Shown: piece after piece, positions 1-10,208 of the stretch
Position numbering within the stretch: position 1 is the stretch's first letter
Layout of the letters: each line of letters opens with the position of its first letter
Assembly (NCBI GenBank): GCA_963737065.1
Contig: CAVTRC010000001.1
Span: 2,272,001 to 2,336,000, forward strand
Direction: 5' to 3'
Origin: Candidatus Eremiobacteria bacterium
GTDB lineage: Bacteria; Vulcanimicrobiota; Vulcanimicrobiia; Vulcanimicrobiales; Vulcanimicrobiaceae
DNA length: 64,000 nt
Translations under genes and position numbers: made by a program
The notes under the pieces: generated by a model
The model's input: only the letters and a program-made list of their open reading frames with translations
Database searches by the model: none
What the model was told of the DNA's origin: nothing

Positions 1-1149
1 ATGTAGAGACGCCACACACGGTACGCCGCAACGCCGCCCTGTGTTTCGGCGGCATCGCGGTTTCTTTCGATGTTGGAAACCCAGGCCCGTAAGGTTTGTG
101 CGTAGTGCTCGCGCAGATTCTCGACGTCGCGCACTTCGAAGCCGTCGCGTTCGGCGATGCCGAGGATATCGCCGATGCACTGCAGATCGCCGTCTGGGAA
201 AACGTAGCGATCGATAAAGCCGTTGTGCTGCGCTTTGCGTCCGGGACTCTGTTCCGTAATGCCGTGATTCAAAAAGAGTCCGGCCGGACGCAGCGCCGCA
301 AACGCGCAGGAGAAATACTCCGGAAGTTGCGTTCGGCCGACGTGTTCCACCATGCCGACGCTCGCAATACAATCGAAGACGGCGTTGCCGAGTTCCCGAT
401 AGTCGCGCAGCTCGACGCGCGCGCGGTCCGTTAAGCCGAGCTTCTTCGATTCGCCGGTTCGCGGTTTCGCATTGCACGCGGCTGAGCGTGATGCCGAGCG
501 CCTGCGCCCCGCGTTGCGCGGCGCGAATAACGAGCGATCCCCACCCGCAGCCGATGTCGAGAAACGCCATCCCGGCCTGCAAACGGACCTTGCGCAGGAC
601 GTGATCGAGCTTCGCCGACTGCGCGGAATCCAAGTCGCTGATCCCGTCGTCGAAGTACGCGCATGAATAGACGAGATCGCGATCGAGAAACGACCGGTAG
701 AAATCCACCGGATGATCGTAGTGATACGAGATCGCCGCTTGGTCGCGTTCACGCGAGTGACGTTTTCCGTTCAGATGCGCGTGTGGCGGCGCAGGACGCG
801 ATTCGCGGGGAAGCTGCGCGAGGAGAAGGCCGATGTGCGCGGTGCGGAGGGCCGAACGGTCGCTATTTATCGAATTCATCAGGGCAATCGCCGCACAGAG
901 ATCGCCTTCGATCTCGAGCGAACCGTCGACAAACGCCGTGCCGGCGTTTAAATCAACCGGCGGCGTAAACGCATTGCGCAATGCGCCTGGTGAATTGATG
1001 CAGAGGACGAAGTTGCGCTGAGTCGTTTTACTCGGTGCGACGGTGCCGTCCCAGAGGCGCACGTCAAAATCGTGGAGATACCGTTCGCCGAAGACCGCTT
1101 CGAGAACGCGGAGCGTGCGGGAACTTGCGGCAGTATCCTCGCGTATCAT
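1..1149 (-). CDS. cfa: Cyclopropane-fatty-acyl-phospholipid synthase family methyltransferase (3' end outside window; 1-bp frameshift at ~441)
   Basis: Manual minus-strand translation from ATG 1149 gives FLDIGCGWG (SAM binding). After a +1 shift at ~441 it continues with SVGMVEHVG, FIDRYVFPDG, VENLREHYAQTL and YRVWRLY. Missing from the ORF track because it runs off the window. Confidence 0.9.
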   Translation of the reverse strand, partial: MIREDTAASSRTLRVLEAVFGERYLHDFDVRLWDGTVAPSKTTQRNFVLCINSPGALRNAFTPPVDLNAGTAFVDGSLEIEGDLCAAIALMNSINSDRSALRTAHIGLLLAQLPRESRPAPPHAHLNGKRHSRERDQAAISYHYDHPVDFYRSFLDRDLVYSCAYFDDGISDLDSAQSAKLDHVLRKVRLQAGMAFLDIGCGWGSLVIRAAQRGAQALGITLSRVQCETANRRIEEARLNGPRARRAARLSGTRQRRLRLYCERRHGGTRRPNATSGVFLLRVCGAASGRTLFESRHYGTESRTQSAAQRLYRSLRFPRRRSAVHRRYPRHRRTRRLRSARRRESARALRTNLTGLGFQHRKKPRCRRNTGRRCGVPCVASLH

Positions 1150-1320
1150 ATCCCGCGCCCCTATAACGCGCTCGATGCATGGCGCATCGACATCTTCACA
1201 TCGACTTTCTTCGGACTGTGTTGTCGTTCTTCGGTCACGAAGCAGTGGCTTCGCTCCCTCATCGCTCCTACCATTCGAATAAAAGTCGACGCGAAGGAGT
1301 AGTGACACGCATCACTGCGC

Positions 1321-2472
1321 TCATGAGGCGAGAGTCTTCGTTCCCTCGTGCATACCGTAGACGACGTTGCCGCCGACCATCGTCCCGATGATGCCGTACT
1401 CATCGTCCCAGAGCGAGAGATCGGCGCGCATGCCGGGAGCGATGCGTCCCATTTCGTTCTCCACGCCGAGGAGTTTCGCCGGCGCGTGCGTCGCGGCCAT
1501 GACGGCTTGCGCGAAGGACGTCTCGGTATACGACATATAGTTGCGTACGGCTTGATCGATGCGCAGCGCGCTGCCGGCAATTGTGCCGTTTGCGTCGCGC
1601 ATAACGCCCCCCTCGATATGATAACTAGAGTCCGCGGGCGGCATGTTGTCGGTGCAAAGCACGACGCGGTCGCCGACCGTGCGATAGAGAATATCGACCA
1701 TAACCGGTGAAACGTGGTATCCGTCGCTGATCAATTGCACGAGCGTACGACGGTCTTGAATGAACGCGGCAAGAATCGACGGATCGCGATGAATGAGCGG
1801 CGGCATGCCGTTGAACGCGTGCGTCAGCGACCGGAAGCCGAGCCCGATCGCGAGCATGCCTTCACGATAGCGGGCTGCAGTATGTCCGGCGGAGCAAATC
1901 ACGCCGTGCTCCAAGAATACGCGCATCGCATCAGCGGCGCCATCGATTTCCGGAGCCATCGTCACCAGCAGGCAGCCGCCCTTGCACGCATCGATCATCT
2001 CTTTTGCGCGCGACGCCGATGCCGGAAGCAACCATTCGGGACGATGCACGCCGCGGAACTTCGAATTAAGAAATGGTCCTTCGAACTGCACGCCGAGACA
2101 GCGCGCACCGCGCGGAGCGTCTTCCTCTAAATCGTGCGCAGCATCAACGATTTGCGATGCAGCATGCAGCATCGACTCGAATGGTGCGGTCATCACGCCC
2201 GCGACAAACGCCGTTGCACCCATGCGGGCGTATTCCGTTGCGGCGACCGCAACGGCGTTCCCTTGATCGCGATTGAAGAGCATATCGGCGGCGCCGTTGG
2301 TATGTACGTCGATCAATCCCGGCGCGATGCTCGTGCCGTTAGGAAGTGGACGATCACTCGGCCCATCGGCGGGAAGAACCGCCACAACGCGTCCGTTTTC
2401 GATCTCAACGCGTCCGTACGTAGACGTACCGTCACCGACCGCAAGCAGGGCTGGTCCAAGCGTGATGCTCAT
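1321..2472 (-). CDS. nagA: N-acetylglucosamine-6-phosphate deacetylase
   Basis: Motifs PGLIDVHTNG, EGPF, APE, GHT, THAFNGM, DGYH, TD. Start moved to ATG 2472 (MSITLGP) because the longer ORF overlaps the dynamin gene. Confidence 0.9.
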   Translation of the reverse strand: MSITLGPALLAVGDGTSTYGRVEIENGRVVAVLPADGPSDRPLPNGTSIAPGLIDVHTNGAADMLFNRDQGNAVAVAATEYARMGATAFVAGVMTAPFESMLHAASQIVDAAHDLEEDAPRGARCLGVQFEGPFLNSKFRGVHRPEWLLPASASRAKEMIDACKGGCLLVTMAPEIDGAADAMRVFLEHGVICSAGHTAARYREGMLAIGLGFRSLTHAFNGMPPLIHRDPSILAAFIQDRRTLVQLISDGYHVSPVMVDILYRTVGDRVVLCTDNMPPADSSYHIEGGVMRDANGTIAGSALRIDQAVRNYMSYTETSFAQAVMAATHAPAKLLGVENEMGRIAPGMRADLSLWDDEYGIIGTMVGGNVVYGMHEGTKTLAS

Positions 2473-2503
2473 TGCCGGAAGCCGGGGTTCGACGCCGCGG
2501 TTC

Positions 2504-5210
2504 TCACCGCCCCTTGCCGAACAGCCTCGAGAAGAAGTGACCTTTGGTTTCGTTTGTCGCAGGCTCCGCCGACGGTAATGGTTGCTCTTGCGCGGCGCGT
2601 GCAAGACGCGCGAGGCGCGCCATGTGTGTTTCGCCATGAGCGTCAAGCGTCGAACGTAACGCTTCGAGTTCGTTCCATCCCGCAGGCGCGCGTTTCTCGC
2701 GTTTGGCGTCGTCGTATTCGTGTGCCGAAATAACGAAAACACGTTCGGCTGGTATGTTGCGTTCGCGTAAGTACTGCTGCGCCAATTCAACGACGTGCCG
2801 CCGTTCGCTCGGCGCTTCGTTATCCGCGATCGTGTGTGCGAAGAGCATAGGCTTATGGAATTCAGCGGCACGTTCGTAGAGCGCGAGTTCGCGTTCGGAG
2901 AGCTGGCGCGAAAACAAGCAGAGGATTTCGCTCGCGTGTGAGGCGACGACGACGTTCACGTCTTCCGCGGACGGGTCGCCCGAATCAAACGCGGGCGCGT
3001 GCACGAGAACCAGTTCGCGGGGCAGCGACCATGGAACGAGCACGAGCACCGGTGACTGCGCCGCGCGTTGCGCAGCAGACTCGAACGGCACTTCGTGCCA
3101 CTGGGCGTCGTCGCCGAGACAGTACGCTGTTTCACGTTCGCCATATCGCACGTGAATCGGAAAGCGCGCGCTGCCGGCCACGTCGTCGGTTAGGATCGTG
3201 CGGCCCGCGAAGCTGTTGATGAGACTGGTTTTTCCTCGGCGAAGCGCGCCGAGGACGGCTATGCGCCAGCGCGACGGGCGCAATCCTTGATCGTAGAGCG
3301 CGGCATCAAACGTCGCGGTTCCATCACCGTCGGCATGCGCCAGGCGAACGACGTGCGAGCCCGGGTCCGCGGGCGCAATCTCTTCTTCATGCTCCATGAA
3401 GCCTGCAACGATGTGCGCAACGGCTGCGCGTTCGCGTTCGAGCGCGTCATGCTGGTCGCGAAGTTTGTTTTGCACGACGTCGTGCTCGTGCAATCGGTGC
3501 GCCGCCAGCGCGCGATCGATGCTGCCGACGTCCGCGTCGCGCTTTGCGACAACCGCTCCCGCCAGGCGTTGTCCGAGATCGTCGAACACTTCTCCGAGCC
3601 GCTCGCCGACGCGATCGGCGAACGCGAGCACTTCCGTCGCAAAGCGTGGGAAGATCTCCGAACGCAGATCTGCGGTCAATTCGCGCTTCATGTACGCGCC
3701 TTGCGCATGTGCGGCAAAGCGCGTTGCGATATCGTGAACCAGGCCGATCGCCGGTCCGCCGATTGCTCCGAGCACAATCGTCGCCGCGATCGCGGATGCC
3801 AGGTCTCCGCTCCATAAGCTCGTCCCTGGTTCGGCGCCGAGGGCGCGCGCGGCCGCATCGTTACTCGAGAATCGGAACGGAACGATGTCTTGCGTGCGCG
3901 CAAGCGCGCCGTTGAGGCGGTTGACGACGCGCGTCGCGACGCCTCGTGCGAATTCATCGACGACGCTCGTGAAGACGCGGTCGACGATAATATGCAGACG
4001 TGCGCGATCGCGCAGTCGCGCGACGTCCGCCGTGTCGAACGCTTGCGACAGTGCGCGCTCGAGATCGCCGGCGAGCTCCGTGCCGCGCTCGTGAGTCGCC
4101 GTGCGGGCTCGGATCGCCGCTTCGAGTAACGCGTTGCGTTCGCGCGCCGCACGTTCGTCGAGCGTTTGTAACTGGGGAACGATGGCCGCGCGCCGCGCAT
4201 TGAGCGCCGTTTCGTCGAGGGCTAACATCGCTTCATCCGCCGCGATTTGCGCGAGAGCATCGTCGATGGCGACCGAGACGCGCTCGCGCGCGCGCCGCAA
4301 TCGCGCGCGTCCCGTGCGCCGGATCAACGACGCATCGAGCGCCGCGAGGAACCTCGGGAAACGGCTCTGTTCGATCGCCTGCGCATCGTGCGCGAGCATT
4401 CCCTCGACATACTCGCGTGCCGAAACTGCGTAGACGTACGTCCCGGGAGCGTGAATCGCGGCCATAGTTGCAATGCGGTCGTAGGCATGCTCCCACGCCG
4501 GACGTCCGTCAGTCTGCGGTGTTTCCCACAAATCGATCTTCGTCTGCACGATGAAGATCGAATCGATATGTTGCCGCACGATTCCCAAAAACGATGCGTC
4601 GCCTTCCGTGAACGGTTGCTGGGTGTCGATTAGATAGAGGACCGCATCGGCCGTCGGCAAGAACTGCAGCGTTGCGCGCCTGTGCGCGGGATTGATCGAT
4701 GCAAGTCCCGGCGTATCCGCAACGACGAAGCCGCGCTGTAGGAACGGCGAGTTCGTCTTCACGACGACGCGGGCCGGCGCTTCGCTCTGATCCTTCGTCG
4801 CGTCGTGGATCGTTCCGATATCGCCGCTGCCGACGGCAATAAAGCGATTGAGGCGGTCGAGCGGGATGCGTTCTATTCGGCCGTTTTCGTAGACCGCGTT
4901 CGCTTCATCTTGCGCGCCGTAGTCGAGCACGGTAATCGTCGCGGTCGACGGATTGATATCCGTCGCGAGCAATCCGACGAGTTGGTGCGTGCCTCCCGTG
5001 CTCTGCTCGTAACGAAATTTTCCGAGCAGCGCGTTGAGCAAGAACGATTTCCCGCTCGAGAACTCACCGACGACCGCGAGCACGAACTTTCCGCGCTCCA
5101 GTCGCTCGCGCACGCGCGTGACGGGCGGCGTGTCGATTACCACCGAGAAGATCCTCGATGACGAGCAGACGCGCGACCAAACGGTCGCGCGTCTCTTCGT
5201 ACCGACGCAT
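2504..5210 (-). CDS. Bacterial dynamin-like protein with two tandem GTPase-like domains (probable 1-bp frameshift near 5130)
   Basis: Domain 1 has GEFSSGKS, NPST, DTPG and TKID. A helical stalk follows. Domain 2 has GALRRGKT with degenerate HAPAFD/HTIAD. The N-terminal helix MRRYEETRDRLVARLL (ATG 5210) lies in an adjacent frame. Confidence 0.85.
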
Positions 5211-5248
5211 CGCATCCGTGTCTACCCTGGACACTGTTCGGAAAGCCC

Positions 5249-6598
5249 TTATCCTCTGATGATCGCGAGCGCTTCGTCGCGGTGACGCTCCATCAACGCT
5301 TTTGTGTCGCCTTCGACGTTCAAACGCAGCAGCGGTTCCGTGTTCGACGGACGCACGTTGAGCCACCAATCGGGATATTCAATCGTCACGCCGTCGAGGT
5401 GGTCGATCTTGGCATCCTTGTAGTGATCTTGCAGACGTTGAAGGGTGCCCGCGACATCGTCGACATGCGTGTTGATTTCGCCCGAGCGAAAACGCGTGTC
5501 GATCGGCGCGATGATTTCGCTTACCGGCTTATCGGATTCGCTGAACACCTCGAGACACTCCATGAGCGCGATCATTCCGGAATCGGCGTACCAATTGTCT
5601 TTGAAATAAAAATGTCCCGAATGTTCGCCGCCGAAAACGATGTCTTGCTCGCGCATCGTCTTCTTGATGATCGAGTGTCCGACTTTTGAGCGAATCGGAA
5701 TGCCGCCGGCCGCCTTGATCTGCTCCGGCACGCTGCGGCTGTTGATCAAGTTGTAGAGAATTTTCGCGCCCGGGTGTTTTTTCAGCGTGTTGAGGGCAAC
5801 AAGCAGCGTCACGGTGCTGCCGTCGATCAGGTCGCCCTTTTCGTCGACGATGAACATACGATCCGCATCACCGTCGAAGGCCGCGCCGAGATCGCATCCG
5901 TGCTTGCGCACCGCGGCCTGCAGATCGATCATATTCTCGGCTTCGATCGGGCTTGCCGGATGATTCGGGAACGTTCCGTCGAGTTCGAAATACAGCGGGA
6001 TCACTTCGCAGGGAAGCGCTTTGAAAACGTGCGGGACGGTTTCGCCGGCCATGCCGTTCCCTGCGTCGATCGCGATCTTGAACGGTTTGATCTTCGTGCG
6101 ATCGACAAACGAGAGGCAATGCTCCGCGAAATCATCGAGGACGTTTTTCTCGGTAATCGACCCGGGCTTGGTCGCCGCGGGCGGCAGTTCGCCCGAGACG
6201 ATGCGATCGCGAATGGTCGCGAGACCGGTTTCGAGCGAGATCGCTTCCGCGTTGGCCCGCGTAAACTTCATCCCGTTATATTCCGCCGGATTGTGCGATG
6301 CCGTGATCATGACGCCGCCGTCGAATCCGTATTGTCCGACCGCGAAATATAAGGCGTCGGTGGAAACCATGCCGATATAGGTAACGTCGGCCCCAGATTC
6401 CGTGGCGCCGCGCGCTAAAGCTTGGCACAGTTTCTCACCGGAGGGCCGCATATCGCGTCCCACGACGATGCGTTTTCCGTTGACGAGCGGGACGAAGTAG
6501 CGTCCGATGCGGTACGCGATGTCGTCATTGAGCTCTGACGGATAAATTCCACGGACGTCGTAGGACTTGAATAGGCCCGGATTTATCTGCATCTGCAT
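5249..6598 (-). CDS. Phosphomannomutase/phosphoglucomutase
   Basis: FKSYDVRG, TASHNP (phosphoserine), FDGDADR (metal loop), GEHSGH, VRPSNTEP. Confidence 0.93.
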   Translation of the reverse strand: MQMQINPGLFKSYDVRGIYPSELNDDIAYRIGRYFVPLVNGKRIVVGRDMRPSGEKLCQALARGATESGADVTYIGMVSTDALYFAVGQYGFDGGVMITASHNPAEYNGMKFTRANAEAISLETGLATIRDRIVSGELPPAATKPGSITEKNVLDDFAEHCLSFVDRTKIKPFKIAIDAGNGMAGETVPHVFKALPCEVIPLYFELDGTFPNHPASPIEAENMIDLQAAVRKHGCDLGAAFDGDADRMFIVDEKGDLIDGSTVTLLVALNTLKKHPGAKILYNLINSRSVPEQIKAAGGIPIRSKVGHSIIKKTMREQDIVFGGEHSGHFYFKDNWYADSGMIALMECLEVFSESDKPVSEIIAPIDTRFRSGEINTHVDDVAGTLQRLQDHYKDAKIDHLDGVTIEYPDWWLNVRPSNTEPLLRLNVEGDTKALMERHRDEALAIIRG

Positions 6599-6677
6599 GG
6601 CTCTTATCGCTTTCGAAAGGCTGAATGTCCTTACCTACGCTCGTATCCGCAGCGATCGCGCTGCGACGTAGGTCGGT

Positions 6678-8063
6678 TTGGTGAAGACGCGGAGGTCGCT
6701 CTTCCAGATACCGGCCTCGTTCGTTTTGACCGCGTTTCTTGTAATCGCGGTCGTCGTTTCCGTTCAGGGGGCGTTCGCCACGCGCGCGAGTCTCGCGCAG
6801 ACGTTCGCGCGACAGTCTGATATCGTTCAGACGCAGCTTGCCTTGGAAGAGATGCGCCGCCTGCAGATCGATGCCGAAAGTTCGGTGCGCGGCTATTCGC
6901 TCACGCGTGACCCGTTCTACGTCCAGCAGTACGCGCACGTCGAGTCGCAGTTCGATCAGTACGCGTCGTCGGTACGCGCCACATTGTCGGGCGTGGGCCT
7001 CACGGGCGCCGTGCGCTCGTTGGATGATTACATTGCACTGCAGCGGAATTGGCGGACGAAAATCGCCGTTCCGCTGCTCGCGCACCCGGGCAAAGATATT
7101 CCGCTCATCGACAAGCGTAACAAAGCCTTTACCGACGTTGAAAACCGTAGCGTTCAATTGATCCGTAACGCGCTTGCCGATGCAAACGACCGGTTGGCTA
7201 GGACGGCGCAAGAGCAGGTGAACGTCAATGCCTACTCACGCGCCTTTTGGCTGATCGTGTTGGGATTGCTGGCGATCTTGCTCAACGGGTTCCGTTCGCG
7301 GCTCGCCACCGAATTGGTAGAAGAGCGCACGACGACCGAAACGCTGCAGCGCGCGTTTCGTAGTGAAGCCGCGCCGTTGCCGAACTGCGAAGTGGGAAGT
7401 GCGTATCTTTCGGCAAGCAGCCACCTGGCGGTCGGCGGCGACGTCTTCGACGTCTACCGCCTTTCGGACACGCTGGCGTTGATCTTTATCGCGGATGTGA
7501 GCGGTAAAGGCGTCGACGCTGCCGTTCTTACCGCGTTCATCAAGTTCACGATCCGCGGTATCGCGCTTCGCCGCCGCGATCCGGGTGCGATGCTTGCCGA
7601 ATTCAACACGGCGTTTTCGCAAACGGTAGAGAATCCGTATCTCTTCGTGTCGATGTTTGTGGGCGTGTTGGACACGGAAACCCTCGCATTGCGATATGCA
7701 AGCGCCGGGCACGATTCGGCGTTCATGCGACGTTCATCAGGCGTGATGCAGCAGCTCGCGGTAACGGGTCCGGTTCTCGGCGTGATGGAAGAGCCGTTCG
7801 AAACAAAGACGCTGCACCTCGAGGACATGGATACGCTCGTCCTGGCAACTGACGGGCTGACGGAGGCGCGCGATCGCAACGGCCGTGAACTCCAAGAAGC
7901 GGGAGCGATGCGCCTCATCGCCGCGAGCAATGCGCAGCCGCAGTTGCTCGCCGACGAACTCGTTGCGAAAGTCCGGACGCTCGGCGGAAATCAGCTGCGC
8001 GATGATTTGGCCGTGTTGGCGATTCGCGTACACGAAGCAGAGGTCATCGATGAAGGCGTGTAG
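6678..8063 (+). CDS. Membrane PP2C/SpoIIE-type (RsbU-like) phosphatase with CHASE3-like sensor
   Basis: Two TM segments flank a DAESSVRGYSLTRD CHASE3-like region. Phosphatase motifs VGGDVFD, IADVSGKG, SAGH, TDGLTEA, DDLA. Confidence 0.88.
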   Translation: MVKTRRSLFQIPASFVLTAFLVIAVVVSVQGAFATRASLAQTFARQSDIVQTQLALEEMRRLQIDAESSVRGYSLTRDPFYVQQYAHVESQFDQYASSVRATLSGVGLTGAVRSLDDYIALQRNWRTKIAVPLLAHPGKDIPLIDKRNKAFTDVENRSVQLIRNALADANDRLARTAQEQVNVNAYSRAFWLIVLGLLAILLNGFRSRLATELVEERTTTETLQRAFRSEAAPLPNCEVGSAYLSASSHLAVGGDVFDVYRLSDTLALIFIADVSGKGVDAAVLTAFIKFTIRGIALRRRDPGAMLAEFNTAFSQTVENPYLFVSMFVGVLDTETLALRYASAGHDSAFMRRSSGVMQQLAVTGPVLGVMEEPFETKTLHLEDMDTLVLATDGLTEARDRNGRELQEAGAMRLIAASNAQPQLLADELVAKVRTLGGNQLRDDLAVLAIRVHEAEVIDEGV

Positions 8064-8439
8064 CGCGATCTTCGCGATGCTCTTGTTGGCAGCCGCGTTG
8101 TCGCCGCGCATCGTGCATGCCGACTGCCGGTTGCGCATGGGCGACAAGATCGTGCTGTACGGAACGAGCGACGATCCGGACGTGTTCCTCTGGGACTCGC
8201 GCTTCCGGCTGCGCGATTATGAAGGCGGGTCGTTCGATCAGATGAACGCGCTTTTGCCGCATGCCGTGCTCGCGCGCCCCGGCACGCGGGCCGTCGTTGA
8301 AACGTGCGTCAAAGATTTCGTGCAGTCGAAGTATTTCACGAGCCCCGATGATGCCGTCGGCGTGCGCATTGTGGGCGGGCCGCTCAACGGCCAACGGGGG
8401 TGGGTGCTCGGTTCGAGCACACGCGACATCCGGCCATAG
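8050..8439 (+). CDS. Hypothetical secreted protein
   Basis: ATG 8050, signal peptide ending VHA, overlaps the end of the phosphatase gene. Confidence 0.65.
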   Translation: MKACSAIFAMLLLAAALSPRIVHADCRLRMGDKIVLYGTSDDPDVFLWDSRFRLRDYEGGSFDQMNALLPHAVLARPGTRAVVETCVKDFVQSKYFTSPDDAVGVRIVGGPLNGQRGWVLGSSTRDIRP

Positions 8440-8454
8440 GAAAGAAAGTGGACG

Positions 8455-9228
8455 TCATGCACGAGCGATTGACGCAAAGACGCGTGGTCCGGCTGTCGTA
8501 TCGATTCGTTCCACCGCAATTCCATATGCCGACTCGATAAGCGCCGGTGTCATAACGGCGGCAGGTGCGTCGAACGCAAGCATTTGTTCGCAGCCGAGCA
8601 GCATCAGACGGTCCGCGTATGCGGCGGCATCATTCAAGTCGTGGAGCACGCAGATGACCGCGCGTTCGTGATGTGCAAGATCGCGCAGCAGCGCAAGAAT
8701 TTCGTGCGCGACACGCACGTCGAGATGGCTCGTCGGTTCATCGAGCAGAAGGATCGGTGTTTCTTGCGCAAGTCCCATCGCGATCCAAACGCGCTGGCGT
8801 TCGCCGCTCGAAAGCGTCGTGAAGAGCCGGTCGGCCAATTCGCGCATGTGGACTGCATCGAGTGCTGCATCGACCGCCGACTCATCGTCTTCGGTCGATC
8901 TCCACTGCCACCAGGCATGATGCGGAAAACGCCCGATCGACACGACGTCGCGCACGCGCAGCGTCTCGCTCATCACGTCGTCGCTCGTGACGAACGCGAT
9001 CTTTCTAGCGCGTTCCATCGAGGAACGTTGATGAACGCGTGTGCCGTCTACCGTAACGGAGCCCGCCGCCGGCGCTATGAGACCCGCGAGCACGCGCAGC
9101 AACGTCGTCTTTCCAACGCCGTTCGGTCCGAGGATGCCGACGAATTCGCCCGTGCGCATCTGCGCGTCGATATCGCGAACCAGCGCGCGTCCGCCCGCGG
9201 CGATCGTCAATCGTTGCAGCTCGATCAC
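8455..9228 (-). CDS. btuD: Cobalamin/iron-chelate ABC transporter ATPase
   Basis: GPNGVGKT, LSSGERQRV, LLLDEPTSHLD, LHDLN. In the operon behind the cobalamin riboswitch. Confidence 0.88.
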   Translation of the reverse strand: MIELQRLTIAAGGRALVRDIDAQMRTGEFVGILGPNGVGKTTLLRVLAGLIAPAAGSVTVDGTRVHQRSSMERARKIAFVTSDDVMSETLRVRDVVSIGRFPHHAWWQWRSTEDDESAVDAALDAVHMRELADRLFTTLSSGERQRVWIAMGLAQETPILLLDEPTSHLDVRVAHEILALLRDLAHHERAVICVLHDLNDAAAYADRLMLLGCEQMLAFDAPAAVMTPALIESAYGIAVERIDTTAGPRVFASIARA

Positions 9229-10208
9229 GCCGGCTGCTCCGTGGGGCGCGAATAGAGGTAAAGAAACGCCGGCACACCGATAAAGGCGAGGAGTACGCCG
9301 ATCGGTAATTCGGAGGGTGCTATCACGCTGCGCGCGACGGCGTCAGCGACGCTGCAGAGCGCGGCGCCGAGCAGCACGCACGCGGGCAGCATCATGCGCG
9401 CATCGGAACCGACGAAACGGCGCGACATATGCGGAACGATCAGGCCGATGAACCCGACCATTCCGGCGAGCGTGACGCTCGCCGCCGCGAGAAGCGCGCT
9501 GCTCGCGAGCAGTATCCATTGCGCGCGCTCGACGTTCAATCCGATCGTTCGCGCGCGAACGTCGCCGATGCGAAGCGCGTTGAGCGCAGGAATTGAAACG
9601 GCGGCGAGCATCAGTCCGGCACCGAGATAGGGAAGCGCGAACGCGAGATCGCTCCATACGCGGCCGGCCATCGAACCCGCAAGCCAGGCAAGTATCTGTT
9701 GCGCCGCGTCGAGCGACGTCGAGCGCGCAATCGCAAAGGCGATGACCGCCGAGAAAAAAGCCGACACTGAAACGCCCGCCAGAATCAACCGGTACGCATC
9801 GAGGCCGCTGCCGCGACGCGCAAGGGCCGCTACCACCAGTGCCGTTGCAAGGCCGGCCAAGAATCCGAGCGCGGGCAGCACGGGCGCCGCAATGCCGGCT
9901 AGAATCGCAAGCGCAATCGCGGCCGCTGCACCGGCGCTTACGCCGGTGAGGTACGGATCGACGAGCGGATTACGCAACATGCCTTGCATCAACGCACCGG
10001 CGATCGATAGTGCGGCGCCGACGGCCGCGGCGATGACGACGCGCGGCATGCGCAGTTGCCATACGATCGTTGTCACGTCGCTGCCGGAATGCGGATGCAC
10101 CAGGGCGCTCGCAACGCTTGACGCATCGAGAGATGAACCGCCGGCAAACAGACTCGTAGCGCACGCGACAAGCGCGAGCACCGCAAGCGCTGCGAACCGA
10201 ATCAACAT
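9225..10208 (-). CDS. btuC: FecCD/BtuC-family ABC permease
   Basis: RMPR, QGMLRNPLVDPYLTGVSAGA, GFIGLIVPH, ELPIG. Confidence 0.9.
   Translation of the reverse strand: MLIRFAALAVLALVACATSLFAGGSSLDASSVASALVHPHSGSDVTTIVWQLRMPRVVIAAAVGAALSIAGALMQGMLRNPLVDPYLTGVSAGAAAAIALAILAGIAAPVLPALGFLAGLATALVVAALARRGSGLDAYRLILAGVSVSAFFSAVIAFAIARSTSLDAAQQILAWLAGSMAGRVWSDLAFALPYLGAGLMLAAVSIPALNALRIGDVRARTIGLNVERAQWILLASSALLAAASVTLAGMVGFIGLIVPHMSRRFVGSDARMMLPACVLLGAALCSVADAVARSVIAPSELPIGVLLAFIGVPAFLYLYSRPTEQPA

Noticed and set aside
2473..2871. N-terminal extensions in the ORF track (nagA; likewise 20356, 25956, 30479, 31825, 36550, 38402, 60472)
   Set aside because: They overlap neighbouring real genes in another frame, and family homology begins at the downstream start.
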